Assembly (NCBI RefSeq): GCF_006345805.1
Contig: NC_043000.1
Coordinates: 103,478,001 to 103,542,000 of the forward strand
Source of the DNA: Octopus sinensis
Lineage: Eukaryota
Length of the DNA: 64,000 bases
Reading direction: 5' to 3'
This document shows, in pieces, positions 38,601 to 53,500 of the stretch. Below the pieces are notes generated by a model, which ran no database searches, was not told where the DNA came from, and was given only the letters and a program-made list of their open reading frames with translations. Made by a program: the position numbers and the translations under genes. Within the stretch, counting starts at the first letter, position 1. Each line of letters begins with the position of its first letter.

Positions 38601-41600
38601 AGTCAGTACATCATGCAAAATCCTGGTTAACAAACAGGATGAATAGATAGGGAAAAAAATTATCTAGTGTATTCGAAGTATTCTACACAGGCTGAAAATC
38701 CAGGAAATGTTCATCTATCACGGGATATAAAATATAAACAAAGGGATCGTGTGTATATGTGTATCTATTTCTTTACTACCCACATGGGGCTAAACACAGA
38801 GAGGACAAACAAGGACAGACAAACGGATTCAGTCATTACATCGACCCCAGTCCGTAACTGGTACTTATTTTATCAACCCCGAAAGGATGAAAGGCAAAGT
38901 GGACCTCGGCGGAATTTGAACTCAGAACGTAACGGCAGACGAAATACGGTTACGCATTTCGCTCGGCGTGCTAACGTTTCTGCCAGCTCGCCGCCTTTGT
39001 ATATGTGTATCATCATCTTTGTATATGTGTATCGTGTGTATATGTGTATCATCATCATCCCCATTTAACATCCGTTTTCCATGCTGACATGAGTTAGTTT
39101 GACAGAAGATGGTAAAGCCAGAGGCTGCACCATGCTCCATTGTCTGTTTTGTTATGATTTCTGCAGTTGAATGCCCTTCTTAATGTCAACCACTTTACAG
39201 AGTGTAGTGGGTGCTTTTTGCCTAGCACTATACGTATAGGTATAGTTAAAAAACACAAACATTAAATAAATTAAAGGGTCTCCCAACACCTTTCAGTAGA
39301 ATAACATTTTTTAAGAAAATGTTTATAGTTACTTTGAAGTTTCTGCTTTGTGTGCGCTTATTCTATTGGTTTCTTTTGCTGACTGCTAGGACACTGGGAC
39401 ATAAGCAAACCAACACTGGTTGTCAAGCAGTGGGCAGATAGGCAGGCACACACACCATATATATGATGGGCTTCTTTCAGTTTCCATGTAAAAATTACAT
39501 GCACACATACACATACATATGCACATATATACACACGCTCAAGCAAATATGTGCAAGTATTGCTGTGAGGTTGAGCTCACCTACTAACCATATGGTTTCA
39601 AGTTCAGTCCCACTGTACAATATCTTAGGCAAGTCTTCTACTATAGTCCCTGACCGCTCATTGCCCTGTAGGTGAATTTGGTAAAGAGAAACTGTACAAA
39701 GCCCATTATATGAGGGGGTCCCCAAAAGTATCCGGAAACATCTGTAGGACAAGCATGTTGTAGTTCAGGCTTCCACCACTAGAAACCACTTGATGCAACC
39801 CTCAGGCATCAGTCTGCCAACCAGTGTTATCTGGTTGGATTGTGCTGCCATGTGGTGCATCTTTGTTTTGCAGTGCTTCTCTGCTGTTTGTTGATTTTTG
39901 CAATGGCTGAAATGAAGGAACAGTGTGCTTCCATGAAATTCTATTTTCTACTGGGGAAAACAGTGGCTGAAACAGTTGTCATACTTCAAACAGCTTACAA
40001 GGCCACTGCCATGAGCAAAATACAAGTTTACGAGTGGTTTGCATGCTTTAGAAATTGTCATTTGTCATTTGTCGCTTGAAGGGCAACCTTGTTCAGGGCA
40101 ACCATCAACCTCCCAAACAAATGAAAACATCACGAAAATTCATGAACTGATCTTGGAGAACTGTCACTGAACAGTTGAACTTGTTGATATAATTGGTGTG
40201 TCCTGGAGCTCCTGCCAATGAATTCTGGGTGAGGAATGAAAAGAGTTGCAGCAAAATTTGTGCCTCGTTTCCTCACAGAAGATCAAGAGCAGTCATGACT
40301 GAATGCGTGTCATGAACTGAAAAAACAGTTGGAAGTTGATCCAGACCTTTTTCCGAAGGTCATCACTAGTGGCGAAAGCTGGCGCTATGGAATTTGCAGA
40401 TGTGGAAGAGGTGAAGAAAAAAATGATGGAAGCGTTAAAAAGCATCATTTCGCAAGAGTTCCAACACTGCTTCAAATAGTGGAAAATGCATCTGGATCAA
40501 TGCATCACTTCAAATAGAGATTACTTTGAAGGCAGCACAAGTCTAAACATGTAAGACTAAATGAATAAAATAATTCCGGTTTCCTTTGGGTACCCCCTCA
40601 TATATATGCATATGTACATTTAACTGCATTTTGAGTGCTCAGGACTACTGTAGCCCTAGGCCAACCAAAACTTTGCAAGTGGATTTGGTAGATGGAAACT
40701 GAAAGAAGCCCATCATATGTATGGTGTGTGTGCCTGCCTATCTGTCTGTCTGCTCACTGCTTGACAACCAGTGTTGGTTTGTTTATGTCCCTGTATCTTA
40801 GCAGTTAGCAAAACAAACCAATAGAATAAGTAGCATACTTTAAAAGTAAATAATGAAGCTAATTTGTTCAACTAAAACCCTTCAAGTTAGTGCCCCAGCA
40901 TGGCTGCAGTCCAATGAGATTGAAATAAAAGATGGTAATTATCTGTTTCCAGGTTTTATTTCACAGTGTGAATTTGGTACCTTGGGAAGCACCTTCTACT
41001 ATCAGCTCAGTCAGATTCATCATTTAGCATCTGCTTTACATGCTGGCATGAGTCAAACTGTTTGACTGAAACTAGCAAAGCTGGAGGGCTGCACCAGATT
41101 TCAATCTGATTTGGCATGGTTTCTATGGCTGGATGTCTTTCCTAATACGAACCACTCCAAGAGTGTAATGGGTGCTTTTTATCTATCACTAGCACAGGTA
41201 CCAGTTACATGTCACCGGTATTGACTACAACTACAATTTCATGTGACTTGATGAGCCTTGTCAAGAACAGCATATCACCAAAGGTCTTGGCCACTTATTG
41301 CCTCCATGAGGCCCAACGTTCAAAGGGTGCTTTTTTCATACCACAAGCAATGGTGTCTGTTACATGACACCAGCATTGGCCACAATTATGATTTCACTTG
41401 GTTAATGAAATTTGATAAACAGAAATTGTGATAAAAGCCCATCGGAAGGATTGTACCCATTCTTAGATATAGATCTAAACTGTTGAACCGTTTAATACTA
41501 CTGCCTGTCTTTTGAGTACCTTTTGTGGAATCAACTGTATTTCTATTAAGTACCCTGTCTGAGAATAATTTCCTCCTTTCTGTCTGCTAGCTTCAGAAGC

Positions 41601-44600
41601 TCTCCCTCTAACCATCATCATTAATTATCATTTTTGCTTGTTGCGGAGTATGAAACATCACAAAGTAATTTCTTCTGTCTATTCCTGCTTGCTCTCATTA
41701 CATTGATGTCTAACTCATGATTGGATCTAGTTTCTCCATCTACCATTAGGATGTCCTCAGTTTCTCTTTCTGGGTGTCATATCTTCCATATACAAAGACC
41801 GCAGGTTAAAATTATGTGACTAAACAATTTTAGGGAATTTTTAACTATACTAAAGAATATTAAAAGCATTCTCTGATAAGGTCATTGTTTATCGCTTTCA
41901 TAATCAAGTATTGATTGTCACATTGTCCTACCATACTCTGCATTACCTGCCAAAATTTATTCTTTCTACATTACAAAAACAACAACTTTACAAACATAAA
42001 AGGAACACTAACCAATACCCTCTCACTTCAACATATGCAATTAATGGCAGTTTTTGTTTGTTACAGTCCAAACAACAACCCTGTGAGTTTCTACTGTTAT
42101 GCTTGTGGCTGATCTCTTTGATGTTAGCATCAGAAATCAGAAATTGGTGAGGTGCTGCCTGTTTGGATCAGTTTCTTCTTTCTATGTTGACATTTCAACT
42201 GCAGTGCTGCATTTGTTTCCTGTTCAATAATAATGACACTTCTGTCAATTGTTGTCCTCTGAGTTGGTCTGTCTCTTGTGAACAATATGGCTATTAAGGG
42301 CACTGTAAAATCTAGTATTATTTGTAATATATTAGTTGTCCAATAAAGAGTACTGTCTGAAATTGTCAAATCTCTCCTCTTCCTAACAGTAAACTCATTC
42401 CCAAAAGTTCTCTAAGTGGAATGAATTATAATGTCCTGAGGAAGAGAAACAGTCTAATGTTTTGGGCAGAATCCTTCATGGGATTGACAAATGGTCATGT
42501 CTGAAACATTAGTTTTCTCCTTCTCATAGTGAACTTATTTACTCTAGTTTGTAAACATTTTATATCTATTATTTACCAACACAGACAGTCAGTAATTTCC
42601 TTCTTACCCTGCACGTGTAAGTGAAAGCAGGGCATTGTAATCACTCGTCTTTGTGTGTTTGCAAAATTACTGGAAAATGGCTGAGTGGATTTTCACCAAA
42701 TTTAACAGAAATACTCATTGGGTGAGTGGCTCAAAATGATGAAAATTTGGTTTGATTATATTCAAACATATTTAAATACATGCATAAATATGCAACTGTA
42801 TGTGTGTGTGTGTGTGTACAGTGATGGATTCGAAGGTTTCATTTATTTATGGGTTGATTTCTTAATTTCACCAGAGTATAAATATCTATAATGGTGATAC
42901 TTAAAAAAAAATTCAGTTCAATTAAAAAAACATGAGTAAGCAACACACTGTAAGCCACACTATACATCTCTCATCTCATGATTTTCACATGGTTGCACGA
43001 GACTTCCTTTGAGAGTTCCATATATATATCAGGATACCAAATCAGCAACCCATTCAACTATCACATTATTCCTCCTCAAAACATTTTGGCTTTTTATATC
43101 CTGCTGCAATTCTTGCACTTCACCTCATTTGAGGATTTGATGCAATTTTCATGTTCAATCTTCGACAGCTAGCATTGTCAATAATAGGCTGCTCTACTTC
43201 TTCAATGACTCCGGCATTGGGGTCATACCTAGCCCAGGGACTTGATATGGTCACACCCATCACTGTTAGGCATCTTTGCAAACTCAGCATTGTGCCAGGT
43301 GTTGTGCTCTATTCTGGTTCTGGTTCCTGTCTATTTAGCAGAGCCAGTTGCTCAACTGCCACTAATTGCAGTGGGCAACCCACCTTAATCCATGTAGTAT
43401 TCTTTCCGACATGTGTTAAACATTTTGCCTTGGTTGCAACCTTGTTGAACATGGTTTTGTGTATCACGTCCTCACCTATTTCAAAGAATGAGTTTACGGC
43501 AACCCTCAATGATCTTTTCATTAACTTTTCAGCCAGTGATAATTTATAATGACTTGAGGCACTCCAATGGTTGAACAGAATTTTGTTCAAGTAGTTGCCA
43601 AAATTCCCTGTCTTTGGATCAAAATGCTTCAGTTCAGCTTTCACAACAGGTGTCTCACTCTTTCTGCAACCCATTGATGACAACATATTCTTTGACACAA
43701 CAGATTCAGGCCCATTGTCTGATACTAAAGCTAGGGGTACACCAAAACAAGCAAAGACATTCAGCTGCTTGCTTTTTACCACCTCAGTCAAGTGATTAGG
43801 ACACAAGAATGCCTGGATCCATGTTGAATAGGCATCTACAGTTATGAGTATATTACCAATATTTAGAACATATGCCCAATCCATATGCATACATTCCCAG
43901 GGCCTTGAAATAGACCATGAATCATTTGCTTTTACTAAATTTGGCCTCACTCTGGTAACAGTCACAAGATTTGACAAGCTTCTCTACCAAATAAGCCAAT
44001 CCAGGCCACCTAACACAGTCATGCTTTCTTTATTGTTTGTTGAATGCCCTTCCGTGTGTCATGCATTTTAGTTAATACTGGTGCTGGAATAAACTGACAA
44101 TTTTTACAATATATTAAGCCATTTTCACATGTTAGAAAATCCTTCTCTTTAACAAATGCATGTTCCAGATTCAAGACCAATCTCCAATTTTGCTGTAAAA
44201 TTCTTTCTCTTATTTTGTTATATAATGCCTTTGTATTTAGTTGTTTTCGGATGCCTTCCATCATTATGGGATCAATGTCCTGCCATGCATTGTCACATTT
44301 GTTTAAATGTGAAGCAAAGAAAATTATATCACTGTTGTTATTCTCATCATACTTCAACTGATAGAGGGCATCGGCATGTGAAATACTTTAACTCAGAACA
44401 TGCTTAGCGACGAAATTGTACTGTGATAGGATCAAACTCCACCTGGCTATTTTTGTCAAGCATGTCGAGATACATCTAAATCCTTTGCAAACAGGCTTTT
44501 TAAAGGCTGGTGATGTTTCCAGACAAAACTGCTTTCCTAGAAGAAAATACCATAATTGAAATAAAATGAGTTGCCTTTAATATCTTTTCCAATCAGCCCA

Positions 44601-47463
44601 AAAGACTATAGGCTGTCTACCACAATAAATTTTCATGACTCATCGGTGTTGTTGAGATTAAATGTCACTTGGATAGATCCAACAACCTTTAGATCTGAAC
44701 CATCAACGGTGGTTAATCTACTGTGGCATGATTCAATTGGGATACCTAACTATGAAGCAAATATAACGGGACTATAGAACCAGCTGCCCCAGTATCCACT
44801 TTCATATCTATGCTTCTGTTATTTATAAAGCACTTGCAAAAACCTATGTTATCTCTACTCTCATTTAGCAACAAACTGTTGGCAGATCCCGTCTTACTCA
44901 CAGATACATTTATGTTATCCATATGGTAATAGTTTCTAGATTGGCAAAATCTTGCAAAATACCCTATTTTGCCACATTTATTGCAGTTTTTCCCATGTGT
45001 TGGACATGCATGAGCTTTGTGTGTACACCCACAATTTCAACATTTCACTACATCATTACTGCTACTTGGGATATTCTTGTTGACATTAAAGTTTGTTATT
45101 GTTTGTTGACTACTCGCATACAGTATTTCCAATTCTATGGTGGATGTGAGAACAGCAATTTCAGTGTATTTTATTTTAGAATGATCCAAAATTCCACCAG
45201 GTAGAAAGAAATGTTGGTTTCTTTTTAACATCTTCAATGTCATCGCATTCAATTTTTGCTTCAAACTGTATCAGCCAGGCATTAGCTTCTTCCAAGTTGT
45301 TCAAGTTTGAATGTATTCTGGTTGTCATCCTTGCCGCCAAGTGTTGTGTTTCACTCTTTTAGGACATATGTTAAATGTTTGTAACTGTAAGTTACACAGC
45401 TCACTTTCCTAGTACTGTAACAGTAAAATCCTTTTATGGCTACCAGCTTTCTTTGTGAGTTCTATATACATATCAGGATACCAAATCAGTAATCCAATAC
45501 AACTATCACTAGATTCTTTTGATTCTGCTGTTTCACCCTTATTTATGTCTTGATCTGTTTGTTCTCTTTCAGACTCATTTGCTACAATGGATGGAAATCA
45601 CTGTATCAGAGCCAGAAAAAAGGACCATACCATCCATGAAAATGCAAGATACATATATTGTGTACCTTGTTGAAACAAGGTAAATTATTAGTTTTTTTTC
45701 TTTCTCTTTTCTTTTTTAGCTAACACTACCTATTATTATACACAGATTTCTTTAAACTAATATCCTCATCTCGGTTTGTTATTGTCATGTTTTGGCTATT
45801 TTACCCTTTGATCTTCTTCAGGTATCTGCCTTGTTACTCTTCTCAGTATTTCAGATTGAACCCTTTATACAAACCACTCAGGTAGATTGTTCTCATTTCA
45901 TTGTCTATGTCCAGTATCCTCTAGTATTAGTCATTTTAATACATGTGATACCATTTAAATGTTTCACTGAAACCAGTGGGCATTGAACTCAAGCTTACCA
46001 CTTGAACTGCAACACTCAATACTTAAGCAATGGTCATTATATATGTTATTATAATACAAAATCTATATATAATTGTTCATAATAGTGCTGGTGTGGTAGG
46101 ATAAAAATGTGGCTTAATTATTTTGTAAGAATCGTTTTCTTTTTTTTTTTTCAGTTTTCTTCTTTTTTTTTTTACACTTTGTGAAGTTAGTGTGGAACTT
46201 TCACTTAAATGATCTTAACCTAACCTTTTTCAGATTAACTATAAGACTCATGATCATCATTTTATGTTTGTTTTTCCATCATAGTATGAGTTGGACAGGT
46301 CTTTGTATGAGAAGAGTGATGGAGGAGAGCCAGTGATAGAGGAGAGTGTAATTGACTTGATAATAATGGAAGAGAGAGAGAATAAGATAAATTGCTACAT
46401 AATGGTTGTTGGTAACAAGATTGAATAGAAAAAGCATGATTGAAGGAAGAGGAAGTCAGCATGATGGAAGCATGAGTACTGGAGATTCAGCAATTGAAGA
46501 GGGAATAAGTTGAGAGAGTGATGAATAGCAATGGAAATGGGTGATGGCAAGAGTGTGTATGATTAATATCAGGAGTAATGTGAGAGAGAATGTGATGGTT
46601 AGCAATAAAGTTGGTGCCTTTGAAACCAGCACCTTTGGTGCTAATTAAATCACCCAGATAACAAATGCTATCAACTACTTGTAGAGAGCCTTCCAAACAT
46701 TTGAAGGAATTCCTTTCATGTGTTCTTTAGCTACGAATTACTTCCAGATATCTGCCACATATTAGTGTCCCTTCTTTGTCAACTGCCTGTGATTTCACTA
46801 CACCATTTGTGCATCCACAATTTACAGAGGGAACACCATATGAAACAATTCCTATCTACTTCATTTCTGCATATCAAATATGTCCATTTTTCTGCTAGCA
46901 GTACAGCCCTGCCTCCTCTCCTACTAACTAGGATTCGTCTTCTTTATGTTTACTTTGGGGCTTCTCATTTCTGGGTATGGTTTCCAAGTTTGAGCAGTTT
47001 ACCTATAAGAACTAGATCACCAAGTTCCCATTGACAACTAGTCTTAACCTTCTGTTTTGGTCTGGAGAACCATAACAAACAAAAAGGGAGGAGGACTGAG
47101 CCCTGATGTAAATAAATCTGCTTTCTAAATTTCTTGATGAGTTCAATGTTAACAGTCACCTTGCTGACAGCACTTCTGTACATGGTTTGCATAGCTAAAA
47201 CAAGCCATTTATTTATCCTTAGTTTTCTTCATGATCACTAGACTGTAGATCATGAAACCCTGTAAAAACTACTTTTCCTAGTAGACAAAAGCTAGGTAGA
47301 ATGGTTTACTTGTTAACTTTTTCTGCAGTTGCTTCAGTAGGAAAAGAACCTCAATGATATCCTGTCCTGCCATAAATCTGAAGTACATCTCTTCTGGGTT
47401 AATTCTCTTCCTACTCAGCTGGGCTCTAATTCTTTCAGTAATTTTCATCATCTGGTCAATCAA

Positions 47464-47525
<62 letters not shown>

Positions 47526-47548
47526 TATATATAAGAGAGAGTATATAT

Positions 47549-47584
<36 letters not shown>

Positions 47585-50500
47585 CTCTTTTACTCCTTTA
47601 CTCTTTTACATGTTTCAGTCATTTGATTGTGCCATGCTGGAGCACCGCCTTTAGTCGAGCAAATCGACCCCGGGACTTATTCTTTGTAAGCCCAGTACTT
47701 ATTCTATCGGTCTCTTTTGCTGAACCGCTAAGTGACGGGGACGTAAACACACCAGCATCGGTTGTCAAGCAATGCTAGCGGGACAAACACAGACACATAA
47801 GCATATACATATATACAACAGGCTTCTTTCGGTTTCCGTCTATCAAATCCACTCACAAGGCATTGGTCGGCCCGGGGCTATAGCAGAAGACACTTGCCCA
47901 AGGTGCCACACAGTGGGACTGAACCCGGAACCATGTGGTTGGTTAGCAAGCTACTTACCACACAGCCACTCCTATCCCCTCTCTCTCTTGCATCTTCTTC
48001 ACCATTGTAGCAGTTGATAATGATGCTACTTCACCAGTTATTGGGTATGATGTGTTTTTAATTAACCGCTTGTGATTAAAGTATGACCAGCTTTGCCATA
48101 TATTTTAAGAATCTCAGCAAATATTCCTAATGATCCAACTGCCTTCCCTTCTTTCATATCCTCATTCATACTTTTGACCAAATGGTTCGCAACTTCAATG
48201 GCTAGTCCCTCTTTGTTCTGTTTAGAGTAGGTCATCTCTTTCATGCATTCTTGTCATTCAACAATCTACAGGAGTAGCTTTTTCTCCATCTTCCTTTTTA
48301 GTTTCAGTAAAGTCAGGTGTGTCTATCATTCCAAACACACTTCTCCCTTATGATGTCTCAGCTATTCCTTATGCACTGTCTTCCAATCAGGAGCACCTGA
48401 GATCCTTGTACTCTCATTGCAGCACATATGCAAACTTTTTTGCTAATGAAATTAATTGATATTCTCTTGAACTTTGCAGAGTTACTGACCCTGAAATGAA
48501 AGGTTTTGGTGATGGGGCAACTTCAGTGTGGAGGCGTTACAGTGAATTTGAATTGATCAGGAATTATCTAGAAGCAATTTACCCACAAGTTGTAGTCCCA
48601 CCTTTACCAGAAAAAAAGGTTTGTAGCTCAGATATTGTTTCTCATGGTAAATTCTTCAATATGAATTCATCATAAACATGATGGTGATGTTTAGCCTTAT
48701 TCGGCTCTGATTATACAGACCTGGGACCAAAGATGTTTCAAACTGAGCATTCCAACACGTTTCCTGGACTACATTATCCAATGTGAACTTTCTTTTTTTT
48801 TTTTTTAAGCTGGTGAAGTGTGATTTAACAAAGATTCTATTGTTGTTTCTAGCAAGTCTGGGAATTATCCAGAGCAGTGATGATGAACTTAAGACACTTG
48901 TTGACAGTGACACATTACAAGTGTTTATGTTTTACATGTACTTTGCCAAAAAAAGGAAGAAAAAAAACTTTTCTGCAATATACTCTTATGAAAAAAACTT
49001 ATCTTTAAGAATTTACTTAAAACTAAAATATATGTGAACAGGTAAGTAGTAATACAATACCAGGAGTATTAAAGAAATTACTTCAAAATGGCATACTAAG
49101 TGTTATCTTTGTTGATTCAACCTAATATTTCTGTCATTGACACCTGTTAAATATTGAATATTACTTCACCTTCTTTTTTAGGCAACATTTCTCTGGCAGA
49201 ATGCACCATCTGATAAATTCAACTTGGAATTTATTGAAAGGAGAAGAGCAGCTCTAGAGGTTGGTGGATTTATATCCTTTCTCTCAAAATAATTGGTTCC
49301 ATTTTAACTTTCCCATTTGGAGCTAACAATGTCAATTTTTACTAGTTTAGATTATTGATTTGAGGAAAGAATAATAAATCAGTGTTTGCTATATTTTATA
49401 GCAAAATAATCCATCATGTTGCCTACAAATACAAGGCCTCATGATTGCTGCTGACCACCCACAACAATTACACACATATCTCCAAAAATTGTCTCAACAA
49501 AGCAGTGTTTCCTATTCAGCAGTTACTATTTATTAAACAAGATTCAACTATATTCCACACTGGGGTACTCTTCATGTATTTGAGACAGTACACCCACCAA
49601 TGTCATTCTAAACTAAACACCCCAAAAAACAAAGCTTTTGGTAGACAAACTTCATTCATCAATAATTTCAAACTCTCTCCTTTAAACTGTTTCTCTCTCT
49701 GTTACACACTCACACACAACTTTGTTTTGCATTAATCACTAAGCTGGGGAAGTTTAAATTAAGCATTAATCACATTCAACTTACCCAGCCATTTCGATCT
49801 ACATACCTGAAAGACTATGGAAATTTAAAAGGACAACTTCCAATGTAATTTTCAGCTACATTTATACAATAACTACTTTGATAATGCATTTCTAGATTAG
49901 CATAATTCTGTGTTATATCTACTATTTCAGATTTTTCTACTACGTTGTTCATCGCATCCAACTCTCTGTGCTGACAAAGTGTTTGTTAGCTTTCTTCGAC
50001 AGGTAAAATATTTAAATTCTTTTTTAAAATTTGTTATGGAGAAGGATTTTTTTTATAAACAAATAAACAATTTTTCTTTATTTATATATCATTATTCATA
50101 TCTCAGATCACTGAACATTTCATAGCTTTGTTATTATATTTTTTCTTATTCTATTCCTTTCAGGATTCTGGATGGAAGGAACTAGCTTATGCTACTGAGT
50201 TTCAAAGCAAGGTGAAAATAAATTCTTTAACATAATATTTCTAATTATGTAATTTTTGCTGTTGATTTGTCAAATACCAAGTCATGTCCAGGTATTACAT
50301 AGCACCATTACTTTTTGTAAAGTGATACATAAAAATAAAAATATATATCTGTATGTCTTATCATAAGAAAAAGGTAAATCCTTATTCTTTTTATCATCTA
50401 TCTTCTATGCTGGCATAGGTTAGCCAGTTTGATAGGATCTGATGGGTCTGAGGACTAAATTGTACTCTAATGTCTGTTTTGACATGATGTCTATGACTTG

Positions 50501-53500
50501 ATACCTCACCTAATGCCAACCGCTTTACAAAGTATTCTGGAGGCTTTTTTTCATGGCACCAGTGTAGTGAGACCACTATGTAGCTCACAAGACTAAGATC
50601 TCTTTTCACTGAGTGTTATTACCTGAGAGAGGGAGACAGCTTTATGTTAAGTGATAAGAGGTTTTAAGTTATGAAAGAAGGGGCCAGAACAGGTTTCCTG
50701 TTGTAGAGGAGATACATGTCTCCTTGCATTATATAAGAGTGGGTGAGAGTACTTGGGGTGGAGCTGGAAAAAGAGGGAAAGATGTTAGATATTGCAGAAG
50801 CAGCCTTATAATGACATTGGTAGGTACATTTCCCAATGTCATTAATCTTCACTATGAAGGTGATAGGTCCAGTGACAAGCATGGCCCAGCACATCTAATA
50901 CTTCATCTCAGTTGTAGGTGGCTACTTGAAATCCAGTATATTGGAAACCACCTAAAAGTTGATTACCATAGCTTGTTTTTCTTTCAGTGTACTCTTTCAA
51001 TCTTTTGTCTTCTTGGATTTACTTGCAAAACAGCAGACTGATGCAGACAAGTCACCCATACTATGACTAAGGAACCCTAACTACCCTCCTCCTAGACAGA
51101 TGTTCTGACAAAATGTGGGGATCTATAACTCCTAAGGTGTTCTTACAGTGCACTTGTTCACTATCTCAGGTAGTTCTATATAACCCACATTATTACTAGT
51201 TATTTAGTCTCTGAACTTGGTTCATCCATCCTTAGGACAGATTTTGATTTTGCCCTGCTGAGTTTTCAGTAGTGCTCCTCACCTGGTGCCAATTTAGTTG
51301 ATGAGAACCTGACTGTGTACCAAGTTGTACTGTGTTACATATTATCAGTGGCACTCAAAGTAACTTAACACTTATGATCATCATTTTGGCATTCACTTTT
51401 CCATACTTACTTGAGTGAGACAGAATCTATTCGCAAGGCTTTGGTCAGCCTGGCACTGTTGCAGAAGATACTTATCTAAGGTGCCATGCAATGAGACTGA
51501 GCCGAAAACTACATAGTAGAAATGAGCTTCATATAGCCAAACTTGCCCCTCATATATAAATACAAAACTGTACTACACACATGCACACACACACACACAC
51601 ACATGTATGTATTAATAAACCAGATTATTTCCTCATCTGAGGGTTTTGTATGGTGGAGACTAACTATGCCCACATAGTTTCAGACTCACTGATGAGTACA
51701 TCTACTACACATGAACATACAATCCAGTTTATGCATGAACATACAATCCAGTTTAGACACTTAACTATAACAAGATTTACATACTTCTAACAGAGTTGTG
51801 GATTGAGCAGCAGTCTACGTTTTTTTTTCTATGACAATTTAAACAATCAAATGGTATTGTGTTTCTGTGTTTGAAGCAAACAGCAAAGTGGTCGCCAGTC
51901 CATGTCCTCATTGTCACTATATTTTGTCTGTCTATGACACTTGACTCACATTGAATTTGGAGAAAGAGAGGATGAATTATTCAATTATTGACTTCTGGCA
52001 AAATGATTCTCTTCCTTACAACAGAAATAAACAACCAATTGACCAATAGTTTAATATACTGACTCTGAAGAATTCTGTGAAAAAGCAGAGACAAAAGAAT
52101 CATCTAAACATAACTACAAGCATTACATATGGAAGCACATGGCTTAGTGGTTAGGGTGTTGGATGCATGATCATAAGATTGTGGTTTTGATTCCTGAACC
52201 TATTGTTGAATTATGACATGAAAACAGAGCCTTCTGCTTTAACAATCCTGTATGAACCAATGAGAAATATTTTATGTGCTTGCTCGACCTACTAGATATT
52301 ACAGATCATTTTGTCTTAAATGAAGATGATGTAGTTCTCGATATACTATGTCTGAACAAAAATAGACAGAATGGCCAAGGCTGGTATGCTTATGGTCATA
52401 GATCTTCTTAATCAAAACTGACCTGAGGTTAAACAACAACAATTTACAAGGATTACTGATCTAACCATCACCATCCCATATGACCATTCTTATTAGTGTA
52501 TGTATGTAGAGATGTTTAGTTGATTCTGTTAGCTCTGCTCTTCACAGAATTCTTGGGTATCAGTGTATTAAATGACTGATTTATAGGTTGTTTATTTCTA
52601 TTGTAAGAAAGTGAATCATTTTGCCAGAAGCCAATAGTATTTGATATTCCTTTGTTAGTGTAGTGAATCTGAATTTGAAGGAATTAAATATATCATATCA
52701 CCTTCATGCATTTATTTAATTCAACTTTTCTTGTCCATAAAGTCTTTAATATTCTTATATAGCTCCCATTTCAGCTTGGTTGAATCCCTTCAGTACAGAG
52801 CCACTAAAGCAATTTAAATGTTTTGGCAGTAGTTTTCTCAGACTTGTACACATTATAGATACCAGTTATATTAAATGCTTTGACAGTACTGTTTTTTTCA
52901 TATATTTATGTATGTCATTGCAGATATCAAGTTTTAAATGCTTTGTTAGTACAGTTCTCGTACATTTATATGCATCATTGTAGATGCATTTAGATATTAA
53001 TCCTTCACTTCTGTTATATTTTCAGGCTGAATCTAGAATTAAAAGTCTTAGTGCTGCCTTTCGACTTAAAAGACCAGACCGGTAAGTTGTCTTGTAAATA
53101 AGAGCTTATGAAGGAGCTTCTATGTGGTTGTTCAGCTTACTGTATCTCCCTCAAATTACACCTGATCATCTAGAAAATTTTACTCACAGAGTATTAGTCA
53201 ACTTCAAACATTAGTCAAAGACAAATACCCAAAGTGCTTGGCGCTGGGATTGAAACCAACTCCATGCAGTTGCAAATCAAAGTTCTTATCACACAGTCAT
53301 GCCAGCACCTTTCTAGTAATATTATTTTCTCTCTCTACATCCTCATTTAAAGTTGTGCTGCACTCAACTTTGCTGTTTATATCTTAGAGAAATTAAGAAA
53401 AATAATACCATTCTAGTTACAATTGATTTTATCTTTTTTCCTAACAAAAATTGATCTTTGTACAGTTGAGACAGTTCAGAAAGTTTATTGGTTTTTCTTT

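Noticed and set aside
51670-51745. CTGATGAG followed by a 22-bp tandem repeat
   Set aside because: GAAA core is mutated (GAAC) and no stems I or III; not a supportable ribozyme.
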